A program made the translations under genes and the position numbers. The notes below the pieces were generated by a model, which searched no databases, was not told where the DNA came from, and was given only the letters and a program-made list of their open reading frames with translations. Shown here one piece after another: positions 13,709 through 24,947 of a stretch of 64,000 bases of DNA. Numbering within the stretch: the first letter of the stretch is position 1; the number at the start of each line of letters is the position of its first letter. Origin of the DNA: the human T2T-CHM13v2.0 reference genome, Homo sapiens. The DNA lies in the NCBI RefSeq assembly GCF_009914755.1, contig NC_060932.1; one strand, given 5' to 3'.

Positions 13709-14487
13709 AGACTCAGACTCAGAGGCCGTCTCCGTCATTCAGAGGCCGTCTCCGTCATGGTCTCACGACACTGCACATCAGACTCAGAGGCTGTCTCCAC
13801 CATGGTCTCACAACACTATATTGCACATCAGACTCAGAGGCCATCTCTATCATGGTCTCCCAACACTGCACATCAGACTCAGAGGCCGTCTCTATCATGG
13901 TCTCCCAACACTGCACATCAGACTCAGAGGCCATCTCCACCATGGTCTCACAACACTATATTGCACATCAGACTCAGAGGCCATCTCTATCATGGTCTCC
14001 CAACACTGCACATCAGACTCAGAGGCCGTCTCTATCATGGTCTCCCAACACTGCACATCAGACTCAGAGGCCATCTCCACCATGGTCTCACAACACTATA
14101 TTGCACATCAGACTCAGAGGCCATCTCTATCATGGTCTCCCAACACTGCACATCAGACTCAGAGGCCGTCTCTATCATGGTCTCCCAACACTGCACATCA
14201 GACTCAGAGGCCGTCTCTATCATGGTCTCCCAACACTGCACATCAGACTCAGAGGCCGTCTCCGTCATTCAGAGGCCGTCTCCGTCATTCAGAGGCCGTC
14301 TCTATCATGGTCTCCCAACACTGCACATCAGACTCAGAGGCCATCTCCACCATGGTCTCACAACACTATATTGCACATCAGACTCAGAGGCCATCTCCAT
14401 CATTCAGAGGCCCCCTCCATCATGGTCCCACAACACTGCACATCAGACTCAGAGGCCGTCTCCGTCATGGTCTCACAACACTGCACA
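13709..14487. repeat. Minisatellite/VNTR with 45-bp unit plus 50-bp and 20-bp variants; 140-bp higher-order period
   Basis: Unit cagactcagaggccgtctctatcatggtctcccaacactgcacat; the 50-bp variant carrying actatattgcac recurs at 13801, 13941, 14081 and 14351. Confidence 0.97.
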
Positions 14488-14820
14488 GAACCCGGCCACA
14501 GCTGTGGACACTTAATATTAATTGGAGAATGAACATTGCTTAATATGTTCCCCATGATTCAGACCTGTCTGGAAAGTGGAGAGGAGGCTGGGGTGGAGCC
14601 ACACGAGTTGCAGACCAAGGAGAAGAATCCAGGGAGAAGCAGCCACGCGGCTGCAATGAAGACAGAGGTGGATCCAAGACATCCGCAAAGGGCCCCTGTC
14701 ATCCTAAACTGTGATTCCAGCAAAAGCAGTGAAACTTTTAAAGAGTGCAAGCCTCACGTCAAATGGAGTCAACTGACGGACTGGCGTTTTGGAAGAAAAT
14801 GTGCAATTCTGATGACCACC

Positions 14821-15240
14821 ATGGGTTAATATCTGCCATATATAAAGATATCTTAAAATGACCAAAAATCAAAATTGTCAAGAAACAAGAGAAAAATGTG
14901 TAAAGCATAAGCATAGGTTATTTAAAGAAAGGAACACACAACTAATAATCCTATAAAACATATGAACAAATGTTCATCCTACCTGGAATTTAGGGAAAAC
15001 TCAAATTAAAATATTATCTATCAGGTTGAGAAATATTAAGAAGTGTTGTAACCTATATAGCTGCAAGACGTGAAAGAAAAAGGAAGTTCTCAAACATTCC
15101 TTGTGAAAAAACAAATTTTTGCAATCTTTTGAAAAGAGTGTGGCAAGATATATTAAAATTATAAATGACATACCCTTCATACCCGTGACCTGACCCCTGA
15201 TAATTTATCTCATAGAAATAAAAGCTCATACGGAGATGGG
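14821..15240 (+). mobile_element. Old L1ME ORF2/3' region fragment
   Basis: gggttaatatc...atataaaga, aaacatatgaacaaatgttcatcc, gtggcaagatatattaaaatt, aatttatctcatagaaata. Confidence 0.65.
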
Positions 15241-15509
15241 CACCAAGATGCCGAGGGGCCGAGACTGCCAGCCTAGTTAACCGTAGAACTGCCCCCGATG
15301 CATCCCTCGGCCCCATCATCAGGGGAGTTTAGGGGTGCAACTGCTGGCACCAGACACTTTGGTGGCCGACTGTCCATCCATGACAGTGACAATGTCTGTG
15401 CCAGATGGTGACAACGTTCCTCCACTCCACCTTGGGGGGATGGTGCCAGTGAGGACGCTGCAGGAGAGAGTACAGGTGTCTGCAGTAAAGTCAGGCATCA
15501 CATGGGCAC

Positions 15510-15863
15510 TGTCTTAGTCCATTCATTGCTGTAACATTCAGCCATAACCTGGGTGACTTGTGCACGCATTGATTTCTCACAGTTCTGGAGGCTGGAAGTG
15601 CAAGATCAAAGCCCTGAGGGATTCGGTGTCTGGCGAGGGGTGGGTGGGGGCGGGGGCGGGGATTGCTTCCTGGTTCACGGAAGACACCTTCTTACTTCTT
15701 AAGGGGGACAGGCCAAAAAGCTCCCTTGGCCTCCAATCCCACTCATCGGGGCTCCATTCTCAGGGCGTAATCACCTCCCAAAGCCCCTGGTCCTAGTATC
15801 AGCACCTCGGGGATTTGGATTTCAACAGATAAACTTGGGGGACCCAGCATTCAGACTATGACA
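15510..15863 (-). mobile_element. MaLR solo LTR (MLT1A-like)
   Basis: Termini tgtcttagtccattc...attcagactatgaca; internal tttctcacagttctggaggctggaagtgcaagatcaa and taatcacctcccaaagccc. Confidence 0.85.
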
Positions 15864-16539
15864 GCTAGAAACACAAACATACACAACACTCCTGAGCTCA
15901 GCCTTGTCTCCAGAGTTCTGCTCTTTCCAAAACTAAAGTTAGGCCCTCAGTGACTCTGTAATTCCACTCCTCTGTGGAAGTCATAGTGCCCAGATCTATT
16001 TATGCCAATAGAAATGAGACAGACAGACCCCGTCACCCAGCCCATTACTCTCACTAAGCAAGATTATTCACACTGATACATATCCTATCATTGCAGGCCA
16101 TTAGCAAGGTGCATGTAATGTTCTGCATGCCCTGGGGAGACTAGAAATAATGACAGTTGTCAACGCTCCCTTCCTTCCAGAGCCCAAGACGCTGTCTCCA
16201 ATGTCAGTCCCAATGACGGCTGAACAATGACATTGGCCGTTGTCCTGGCTGCCTTCTCCGACGCCCTCTGCATGTGACCCCAGCAAATAAATCTCTGCAC
16301 TCCTCTACCTCCTTAGAGAGTGGAAATCCTCATGGAGAAGCAGGCACAAGTGTGAACTGCTTATGTGAGTGGTGTCAAAAGAAGAGGAGGACTCGCAGAG
16401 GGAGAGAGAGAGAGCCAGGATGTGAGAAGAACGGGTCTCTGTGTAGACTGTTGCTTGGGAAGAGTTTGTATGTTGGTTAGGATGAGAGAAACTTTATGTC
16501 GGGCCTTGGCATGCTGTTCCCAAGAATAATCTCAGGACC

Positions 16540-16945
16540 AAATAAAAAAAAATATGAGCAAGGACATAAACTGGCATTTCACAAAGAAAAAAATATAAAT
16601 TTTCAATAAATGCATAGAATAATATTTAAGATCATTAGTCATGAGAAAAGAAATAAAAGAAAAACAAACGTCATTGTTTCCAGTGTGACGTTTAAAAAAA
16701 TTATTATGACACCCCGAAAAATAGCCACATTCAAACATTTCATCCACTGTACATTCTGAGGAGGAAAAAGTTGATCCGAAATTTCCCGAGCGCTGTCAGG
16801 CAGTTATCCAAGAGTCACAGAAACATTTACAGTCATATCTGGGTTTGCTAGAGATGGGTAAGTTTTACTTTTTAAAACTGCTTTGCTGTGTGTTTCAAAC
16901 TTTCTACAATGATCATATTATACTTTTATAATCAGAAAAAAACTT
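16540..16945 (+). mobile_element. Old L1ME fragments including a 3' end
   Basis: gcaaggacataaactggcatttcacaaagaa; ttctacaatgatcatattatacttttataatcagaaaaa. Confidence 0.6.
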
Positions 16946-17444
16946 TTTTAATATTTGAAATTTTCATTAAACATTAAAACGTGGGTCTTTTAGGTGGAAG
17001 CTGCCACAGACTATGAGGTACGGAAAATGGCAGCATGTCCCCTGTAGGGCCTGCCCAGTGCCAGACAATTATTTCCTCGGGGAAATGCACGTGGGAGCAC
17101 TAGGCCCAGAAGGGGTGGGAGGCTCACGGGATTTTGGCGGCCGGTTCTTTCTACGGAAACGGACATTGCTGGGTGTAAGAGATGATGCCCAGGCACTGAC
17201 TAGAGTTTCCTTACTTTCTTGCTGAAACAATTGGGAAAAAGACTAATGAGAAGATTTTCGTAGCCCAGCTGCATCCAGAAATGGAAGGTTAGGAGCTCCT
17301 GGCAGGTGCTGGTTAGGGAAGCTTCCATGAAATGCCTCACCAAGGACAGTAACCCAGCAGCATGTGAAACAGGCCAAAATGTTCTTTTTTAAAAAATGGA
17401 GTATTATAGACAGGATCTCCTAATGACCATTTTGCATACCCAGG

Positions 17445-17570
17445 CATTTCACACAGCAGAGAAGTGAGGCCCAGAGAAGTTAGGCAACTGGCCTGAAGTC
17501 ACAGAGCTAATTTAATGGCAGGGCTGAGACTCAAACCCAGCTATTCTACAGGACCCCAGAGCTCCTGCTC
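17445..17570 (-). mobile_element. MIR SINE fragment
   Basis: gtgaggcccagagaagttaggcaactggcctgaagtcacagagcta...ggcagggctgagactcaaaccca. Confidence 0.75.
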
Positions 17571-17689
17571 GTTCTCTGCCCAGCCTCTGGCTGCTCTGTT
17601 ATCCCTGGTTCCTGGGAATTCACTTCCTCCCCGCATCCTCATCCTGCCTGGCAGGTCCAGACCCTTAGTCTGATGTGGGCAAAGGGGTC

Positions 17690-17865
17690 TGAGACCCACT
17701 GGCCTTCCCCCAGCTCAGCCACTCATGGTCGTCTGAGATAGGGCAAGTGACTTGCTCTCTGACTCAGTTTCCTTATTCGTAAAATGATGATGACATGACT
17801 CAGTATTTGTGAAGACGCTAGAACTCTGCCTGGTCCAGAGTCAGTGCTATATGATTGTCTGTTAA
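17690..17865 (+). mobile_element. MIR SINE fragment
   Basis: gggcaagtgactt...ctctgactcagtttccttattcgtaaaatg...tagaactctgcctgg. Confidence 0.7.
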
Positions 17866-18551
17866 GTGAAACGAATATAAACTATATACAAAATACTGAT
17901 TTGTGTGTGACGTTTCCATTTGGGGGATCATTGTGTAAATCCTTTTCCCTCGCGAGATCTTTTTCCCAGTGTTTCCCAGCCCCTGTTGCTGCTGCTGAGG
18001 GTTCTGATTCCGTTCCGACTCCTCAGCCTTCCTGCCTCACCCAGGTGGACGTTACAGGTGTCAGTGACTCACTTTTCTGCCAACCAGACACTTCCATGTG
18101 CTCGGAATTCCAAGACCACACTGTGGAGAGCCGGGGGCCCCAGCATCCCTCAGATGCAGGAACGAGGGCCAGATGTGGGGCTCTGCACCCTGACCCCAAG
18201 CCCATGCTGCTCCCACAGGTTTATGGGGTCTGGAGGCTGTGATGGAAATGGGGAAGACGCTTCAGCATTGCTCAACAGTGGGAAAGGGGCCCAGTGATCC
18301 GCCAGCAATGCTGAGGTGTGGGGCCCCGGAAAGGGGAGCCAGGGACAAGGGTGAGTGCTGCCGAGGGAGGGATCAGCGGGTCATGCTCAGTAGCTTGTCA
18401 GATGGTAGGAGAAACCCACAAAAATTAAACCCACAGCAGCCGAAAATAGAGTGGAGTGGTTAGAGGATACAGTTGAGGAAATCTCCTGGACAGTTCAACA
18501 GGGGTGGCTAACAAGAGAGAGAGGATAATAAAAATATGTCTATGTGAAGCT

Positions 18552-18953
18552 TGCGGTGATGTAAATTTTACAAGTCAACTTGGTGGGGCTCCGAGTTTCC
18601 AGAATAGCTCAGCGCTGGAACCTGTGGACGGAGGAGAGCAGACCCACCCTCCCCCGTGCAGATGGCACCATCCAAGCCGCTGAGGGCCTGAATAGAACAC
18701 AGAGGTGGAGGAGGGCTGGGTGACCGCCAGACTGCTGAGCTGGCCTCCCCCACCCCCCATCTTCTCCCATCCTCAGCTCTCTGGTTCTCAGGCCCTGGGC
18801 CAACCCCACCGGCTCTCCAGGGGCTCCAGCTGCAGACACCAGATCAAGGGGTCTCCCACCCTCCATGGTCAGGTGAGCCAGTCCCTTGCAATACATCCCT
18901 TTATCCCTCCACATCCCATTGGCTCTGCTTCTCTGAGAGCCCTGGCTACTATG
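18552..18953 (+). mobile_element. ERVL solo LTR (MLT2 family)
   Basis: gtcaacttgg, gcagacccaccctccccc, tgagggcctgaatagaaca, gtgagccagtccctt, cccattggctctgcttctctgagagccctggcta. Confidence 0.8.
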
Positions 18954-19860
18954 GGGGATCATCAACAATCAATACAAGAAAGTTCCCTGCTCTGAAGGCC
19001 ATTGCTCCCACTACGGGGCATTCATGACAATTCCGATCATCTCAGTGGCCACAGGTCAGTCCAAAAATGTGGTTTTGCCTACAAATTGGGACAGCTAGGG
19101 GAGACCAAGGGCTGAGGGGTACAAGGTGGGGCTGACGTGTGAAGGAACAGCTGTGGCCTTCCTGGCCAGCGTGGGTCATTCCAGGGCAGCCGCAGAGCAG
19201 GTCTGTGTGTCCCGGCTGCCTGTCAAGCGTGCTGCATGCACGTCAGTGACCCTCTAAAACCCGCGTACATTCTACTGCTCCTCTCCCTGTGTCAGCTACC
19301 AGGGGCTGGTATTTTCTATCAAGTCGTCAAATCTCTGCAAATCTAATTATCCTCCTTCAGTGTGCCAGACAGAAAGTGTAGCGGCAAGGAGCTTTATCTT
19401 ACATCCCAGATCAAGTTTGTCTTGATCACCAGTGTCCTCCGCATGGATGACCTACTTTAGGTGCTGCCCGTTGCTGGTGGGTGATAGTGAAATCTTTCAA
19501 TTTAAGGAGAAATTAAGTGAAATCACCCCAGAGCCGAGGCTCACATTCCACCAGGTCATCTGCAGCTTGGGTTTGAGCCTCACAGGACAGGGTTTCAGCA
19601 GTAGCTGATAAATGAGCTGTGCGTGGATTCCAGGGGCACGATAACACACTCTCTCCCGGAAGACGTGGAGTTGTTTAGGGAATTCACAGAACCGAACCGC
19701 CTGAAAGGGAACTGTGGGTCTCCCTCACCACAGGCAGTCGCAGAGCTGGGAAGAGGGTGGATCCAGGCTCTGTGGGGCTGGGGGCTGAGCCAGGGCAGGA
19801 GCCTCTTTAAGAATTCACACGTCCTCACTCTTGCGTGCCAGTTAGATAATGTGAGCCTGG

Positions 19861-20050
19861 AGACGCAGAGCATGGAATAACAGTCATTGGAGGCTCAGAA
19901 GGGGAGGAGGGTGGGGAGGTGAGGGGGAGGATTACTTAAGGGTAGAATGTTCATTATTTGCGTGATGGTGACACCGGAGACTTCATCGCTGTGCAATATG
20001 TGCAAGTAACTGCACTTGCACCCCCTACATTTATACAAATAAAAAATAAA
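19861..20050 (+). mobile_element. L1PB4-like 3' end fragment
   Basis: tggaataacagtcattggaggctcagaagggg...actgcacttgcaccccctacatttatacaaataaaaaataaa. Confidence 0.75.
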
Positions 20051-22914
20051 TACATAATAAAATGCAAAGAAAGAAGAAGAAGAATTCAGCAAAACAACAC
20101 AGGCACAGCCCCTGAAGGTGAGGGGCTCAGAGCTCCAGCTTCAAGAGCTTGGGGCAAATCCACCCCGGGGAGGAGCGTCCGAGGCGGCCCTCGGGCGGGA
20201 GCCTGAAGACAGCCCGTGCCTCTGTGACCCAGCCACCGTCGGATCCGCTGTGTTGATTACCCTTTCCTATGGAGAACTGCCTCCATCACCACGCGGTCTG
20301 TGTGCGTTGACATCGGGACTGATACAAGTTTCTTGACTGAAGTTCAGGCAAGAGAACAGTGATGCCCCAGAGAGCAGCCCTGGCCCCTGGACAGCCAGCA
20401 ACATGCGGGAACATCAGAGACAGGCGGGTGCTTGGTTGCCTCCTGGCCCGGCCTTCCCCACTAGGAGGATGAGCCTCGCAGCCCTGCCAAGCATGCCTGA
20501 CGCATCTGGAGCCAGAGGAAACTCCATCTGAGAAACAGAACTAAGTCTCCAGTGGCAAACAAGGGTGCATTCAGAGGAATGAGATGATGGGGAAAAAAGA
20601 GAAGAGGGACAGATTCTCCAGTCCATTGGCTCAAGGCAGACAGCCTCGCTTGGTACTTCTTTAAAAGAAATGTTACAAATTTGAATCTAAGTACGCTTTG
20701 TTTATATAGCCAAGCATGTTTGGCTTTCCTATTTTATAGCCAGACATCTTTTAAAATGAAAATAAATATTTCTTATATAATTCATATGATTCTGGTAAAT
20801 CTGTTAGAAAACTATTCTAGAAAGAAAAAAAAGACTGTCCTTTTATTGAGTCACTGTCTACTCTTTTAATTCCTATGTTTATCGATCATATTTGAAAATT
20901 GAAGCATTTGAAAGAAATACAGAAAACTTGAATACCAAAACAAACATCTGTGCCTGTTCTTTCACGTACATGACAATACACATCACTGATTCCATATGAA
21001 AACCAAGATTTAAAATGTGAAAAGTAGTAATCACAATTATGCCTAAAAAAGCAGTGCCTACATACAAAACCTGTCTGAATAAAGTCAGTTTGTGTCTGCC
21101 AATCTCATCAGGAGGAATTGAACCCAGAGACCAGCCCAGGGACCAGCGCTAATGAAGTCTGTGAATGTGGGGTCGCCTGGAGCTCGAGCTGGTGTCGGTC
21201 TCTCTCATTCCTGCAGACTTAGAAGATGAAGCAGACTTGATAAAAGTGGGATTTTAAAAATATTAATTTATAGACGCTTAATAGATATTAAAGCAATATT
21301 TTTTACAGTCAGTTGAGTTTGGGTACCGCCGAGTCAGATAACACTATTTCAGGACTTCTGAAGGCGTCCGCTGTGTTCATGTGCAGGGACCCATGAGGAC
21401 ACTCAGTAGGCAGTCACCAGGTGTCCCCGGCCACAAGGGCCTTTCACGTTTTTCCCCAAAGCATTTCATGGGGCTGGTGTTCCGTGGGATACAATGAAGG
21501 AAGTGCTTCATTCAACAGTTTCTCAATACAGCTTCCTAGGAACAAAATCGTTATTTCAAATTTACCAGAGTGTGTTAACATTAATTTATCAGACTCCAAC
21601 ACACTAATCTCTTATCAAATAATTCTAGTTATTTTTATTATCACTAGATGAGAGTGATACAGAGGTAATATATTTCCAGGAAAAAACACTGGGCAGAGTT
21701 CAGGAGCTATGCGTGAAGTGTGGTCCTAGCTACATTAAGTTGTAGCCATGAGACATTTAAAACTTTTCTTTATCTGTTTAAAATCCAAGTGTAATCATAA
21801 TGTGTTAATTCGGTTTAATAATGTATTAATAATTTAAATATAATTTTAGTAGGAGAGCTTCTGTGTGTTCCATTTTTAATGTCTCCACAGCTTGAACTAG
21901 GACACCTTTCCTTTGATCCACACAATTGTTCCAATTTGGACACATAGTCCTCTTAACTCTCCTTTGCTTAGCTCAGTCCCACCACTGCACTGAATGAGAC
22001 ACTTTCAGTCACCGATCTGTATGGTACAATCTGAAATGAAACATCCATTTTGAGCATTGCCAATAATCATGATGCCAAATTCATATCATGAAAACTTTAA
22101 GCACTATCATGGAGAATTCAGTGTGTGCAAATATATTGCATTATGTCAACTTCTCTGAGATATGCGTTTTGTAGTGTGTCTGCAATGTGCAGACCAAAGG
22201 AGGGGAGGGATCCAGCTTGGGCTTGAAGCCTGCTCAGTGTCGATTGAAGACAATTCTGGGTTTGTCAGAAATCCATTTGCAGAAGGAGCCAGAAGGCTTT
22301 GGAGAGATATGTCATTTTAGGGAAGAGGGTTGAGAGAACTATGTTTTCCCACATGAGTCAGACGCAGAGCAGAAGCGTGGGGACGCGGTGCCTGGAGGAC
22401 CCAGACCAGTGGGTGCTGGTCTTCCCAGGTCAGGGCACCAACCTCACACAAGGCCAGAGAGAGGAGGTGTCCTGTGGCCCTCACTAAGCCACAGGCGCCT
22501 CCATACAACAGAACCCACAAGACGACATCACCTGGAGTGGCCACGAGGGACGTTCCTCCGGAGCACTGAGCCGGGACTGCGACAAGGGGTCCTAGCAGGG
22601 AGCCACGAGGGCACCGGCCCCTCCGTCCACATCCTCCAGGCTCGGAGGCCTCTGCCCTGATGCCTGAGGCTGGATGGGACAGGGACAGAGAGAAGCTATG
22701 CAGAGCCCATGGAGGGAAGACCCAACCTGCAGGGGCGGCTTCTTCATGAGCTGCAGGGAGCCCAGCAGAGGAAGGGCCATGATGGGGCAAAGGAGGGGGA
22801 AGCTGTGAGTAAGGACATGGCCTCCAGCGAAGCATCCCATGTGGATTTAGGGATGGCCTAGGATCTCTGAATGGATTCAGTTAACAGGCATCAAAGAAAC
22901 ACTCCCAAGTGCAT

Positions 22915-23035
22915 GAAGGAATTGAGTACGAGATAAAACATCAGTTCTAATCACTGGAGGGGCAACGGATGGCTCAGTAGTTTGGGGATATGTGGTTAGC
23001 CATTCAGAAATAAAATAAACTGAATTCTATTTTAC
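22915..23035 (+). mobile_element. Old L1M ORF2 fragment
   Basis: ggatatgtggttagccattcagaaataaaataaactgaattcta resembles L1M ORF2; it abuts the tetranucleotide array. Confidence 0.45.
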
Positions 23036-23039
23036 TAAT

Positions 23040-24580
23040 TAGGTAGGCAGGTAGATAGGTAAGTAAGTAGGTAGGCAGGTGGATAGGTAGGTGGCTAGAT
23101 GGGTAGACAGATAAGTAAGCAGGCAAGTAGGCAGGCACGTAGGCAGGTAGGTAGGTAGATAGGTAGGCAGGTAGGTACATAAGTAGGTAGATAGGTAGAT
23201 AGATAGGCAGGTAGGGAGGTAGATAGGCAGGTAGGCAGGTAGGTAGATAGGTAGTTAGCTAGGTGGGTATATAGGTAGGTGGCTAGATATGTAAGCAGGT
23301 AGATAAGTAGGTAGCAGGTAGATAGGTAGGTGGCTAGATGGTAGGCAGGTAGATAGGTAAGTAGGTAGGTAGGTGGCTAGATGGCAGGCAGGGAGGTAAG
23401 TAGGTAGATAGGCAGGCAGGTAAGTAGGTAGGTAAATAAGAAGGCAGGCAGGTAGGCAGGTAGATAGTCAGGTACACAGGTAGGTAGGTAGATAGGAAAG
23501 CAGGTAGGTAGGTAGATAGGCAGGTAGACAGGTAGGTAGGTAGATAGGAAAGCAGGTAGGAAGGTAGATAGGCAGGTAGACAGGTAGTAGATGGGTAGGT
23601 GCTAGGTGAGTAGATAGGTAAGAAGCTAGATAGATAGGCAAGTAGATAGGCAGGTGGGTAGGTAGGCAGGCAGGTAAGTAGACAAGCAGGTAAGTAGGTA
23701 GGTAAGTAGGTAGGAGGGTGGGTAGATAGGCAAGTAGGTAGGTAGGTAGCTTGGCAGGTAGACAGGTAGGTAGGTAGATAGGTAGGTAGGTAAGTAGTAG
23801 ATAGGTAGTCAGGTGAGTAGACAGACTGGTAGGTGAGTAGGTAGGTAGATGCACAGGCAAGTAAGTAGGTACATAGGTAGGTAGGTAGGTAGGTAGATAG
23901 GCAAGCAGCAGATAGGTAGGTAGGTAGGTAGATAGGCAGGCAGCAGATAGGTAGGTAGATAGGTAGGCATGGTACGTATGGTAGGTAGGTAGATAGGGAG
24001 TTAGGTAGGTAGATAGGCAAGTAGGTAGATAGGTGGGTAGACAGGCAGGTAGGTAGGTAGATAGGTTGGTAGCTAGGTAGGTAGATAGGCAGGTAGGTAG
24101 GCAGATAATCTGGTAGTCAGGTAGGTAGGAGGTATGTAGGTAGATAGGTAGGCAGGTAGGTAAATAGGTATGGTAGATAAGTAGGTAGGCAGGCAGATAG
24201 GTAGATAGGTAGGTAGACAACAGATAGGTAGGTAGGTAGATAAACAGCATGATAGGTAAGTAGATAGATAGGTAGGTAGATAAGCAGGTAGGTAGATATA
24301 CAGATAGGTAGGTAGATAAGCAGGTAGGTAGATAGGTAGGTAAGTAGGTAGGCAGTTTTATAGGCAGGTAGGTAAGTAGGCAAGTAGATAGGTAGGTGGC
24401 TAGATAGGTATGCAGGTAGAGAGGCAGGTAGGTAAGTGTACAGATAGGCAGGTACGTAGGTAGCTAGGTAGGTAGGCAGGTAGGTAGAAGGTATGGTAGG
24501 TAGGTAGATAGGTAGGCAGGTAGGTAGTCAGGTAGGTAATTATTAATAGATTGGCAGGAAGATAGGTAGGTAGATAGGCA
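23040..24580. repeat. ~1.5-kb compound tetranucleotide repeat (TAGG/TAGA/CAGG/TAAG)n
   Basis: Continuous aggt/agat/aggc/aagt units. It produces the LPTY-repeat pseudo-ORFs on the minus strand. Confidence 0.98.
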
Positions 24581-24624
24581 GAAAGGCTCTCTATATGTCT
24601 GGACAATTTCATTGCAAAGTTAAT

Positions 24625-24947
24625 GTAATGTTCTGAAACATGCTACAACGTGGATGAACCTTGAAAACATTATATTAAGTCAAAGAAGCCAGACATGAAA
24701 GACCACATATTATACAGTTCCATTCACGTGAAAAGTCCAGAATGGGCAAATCCATAGTGAAAGAAAGCAACCCTGTGGCGACCAGGGCTGGGGAAGGTGG
24801 GGAGTGACCATGAATGGGTTCAGAGTTTTCTCTTGGAAATTCTGAAACTAGATAGTAGTGAAGATTGCACAACATCATGAATATACAAAATGCCACTGAA
24901 CTCCACATATCAAAATGGTGAAATTTTGTGTGTATTTTACTAATAAG
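24625..24947 (+). mobile_element. L1MB-type 3' end
   Basis: catgctacaacgtggatgaaccttgaaaacattat, gaagccagac, gtccagaatgggcaaatccatag, gattgcacaacatcatgaatatac. Confidence 0.85.

Noticed and set aside
13339-14543. 397/287/240-aa ORFs as genes
   Set aside because: They are read-through of an L1 relic plus a stop-free VNTR, open in all three frames.
23334-24612. LPTY-rich ORFs
   Set aside because: Translation of a tetranucleotide repeat.
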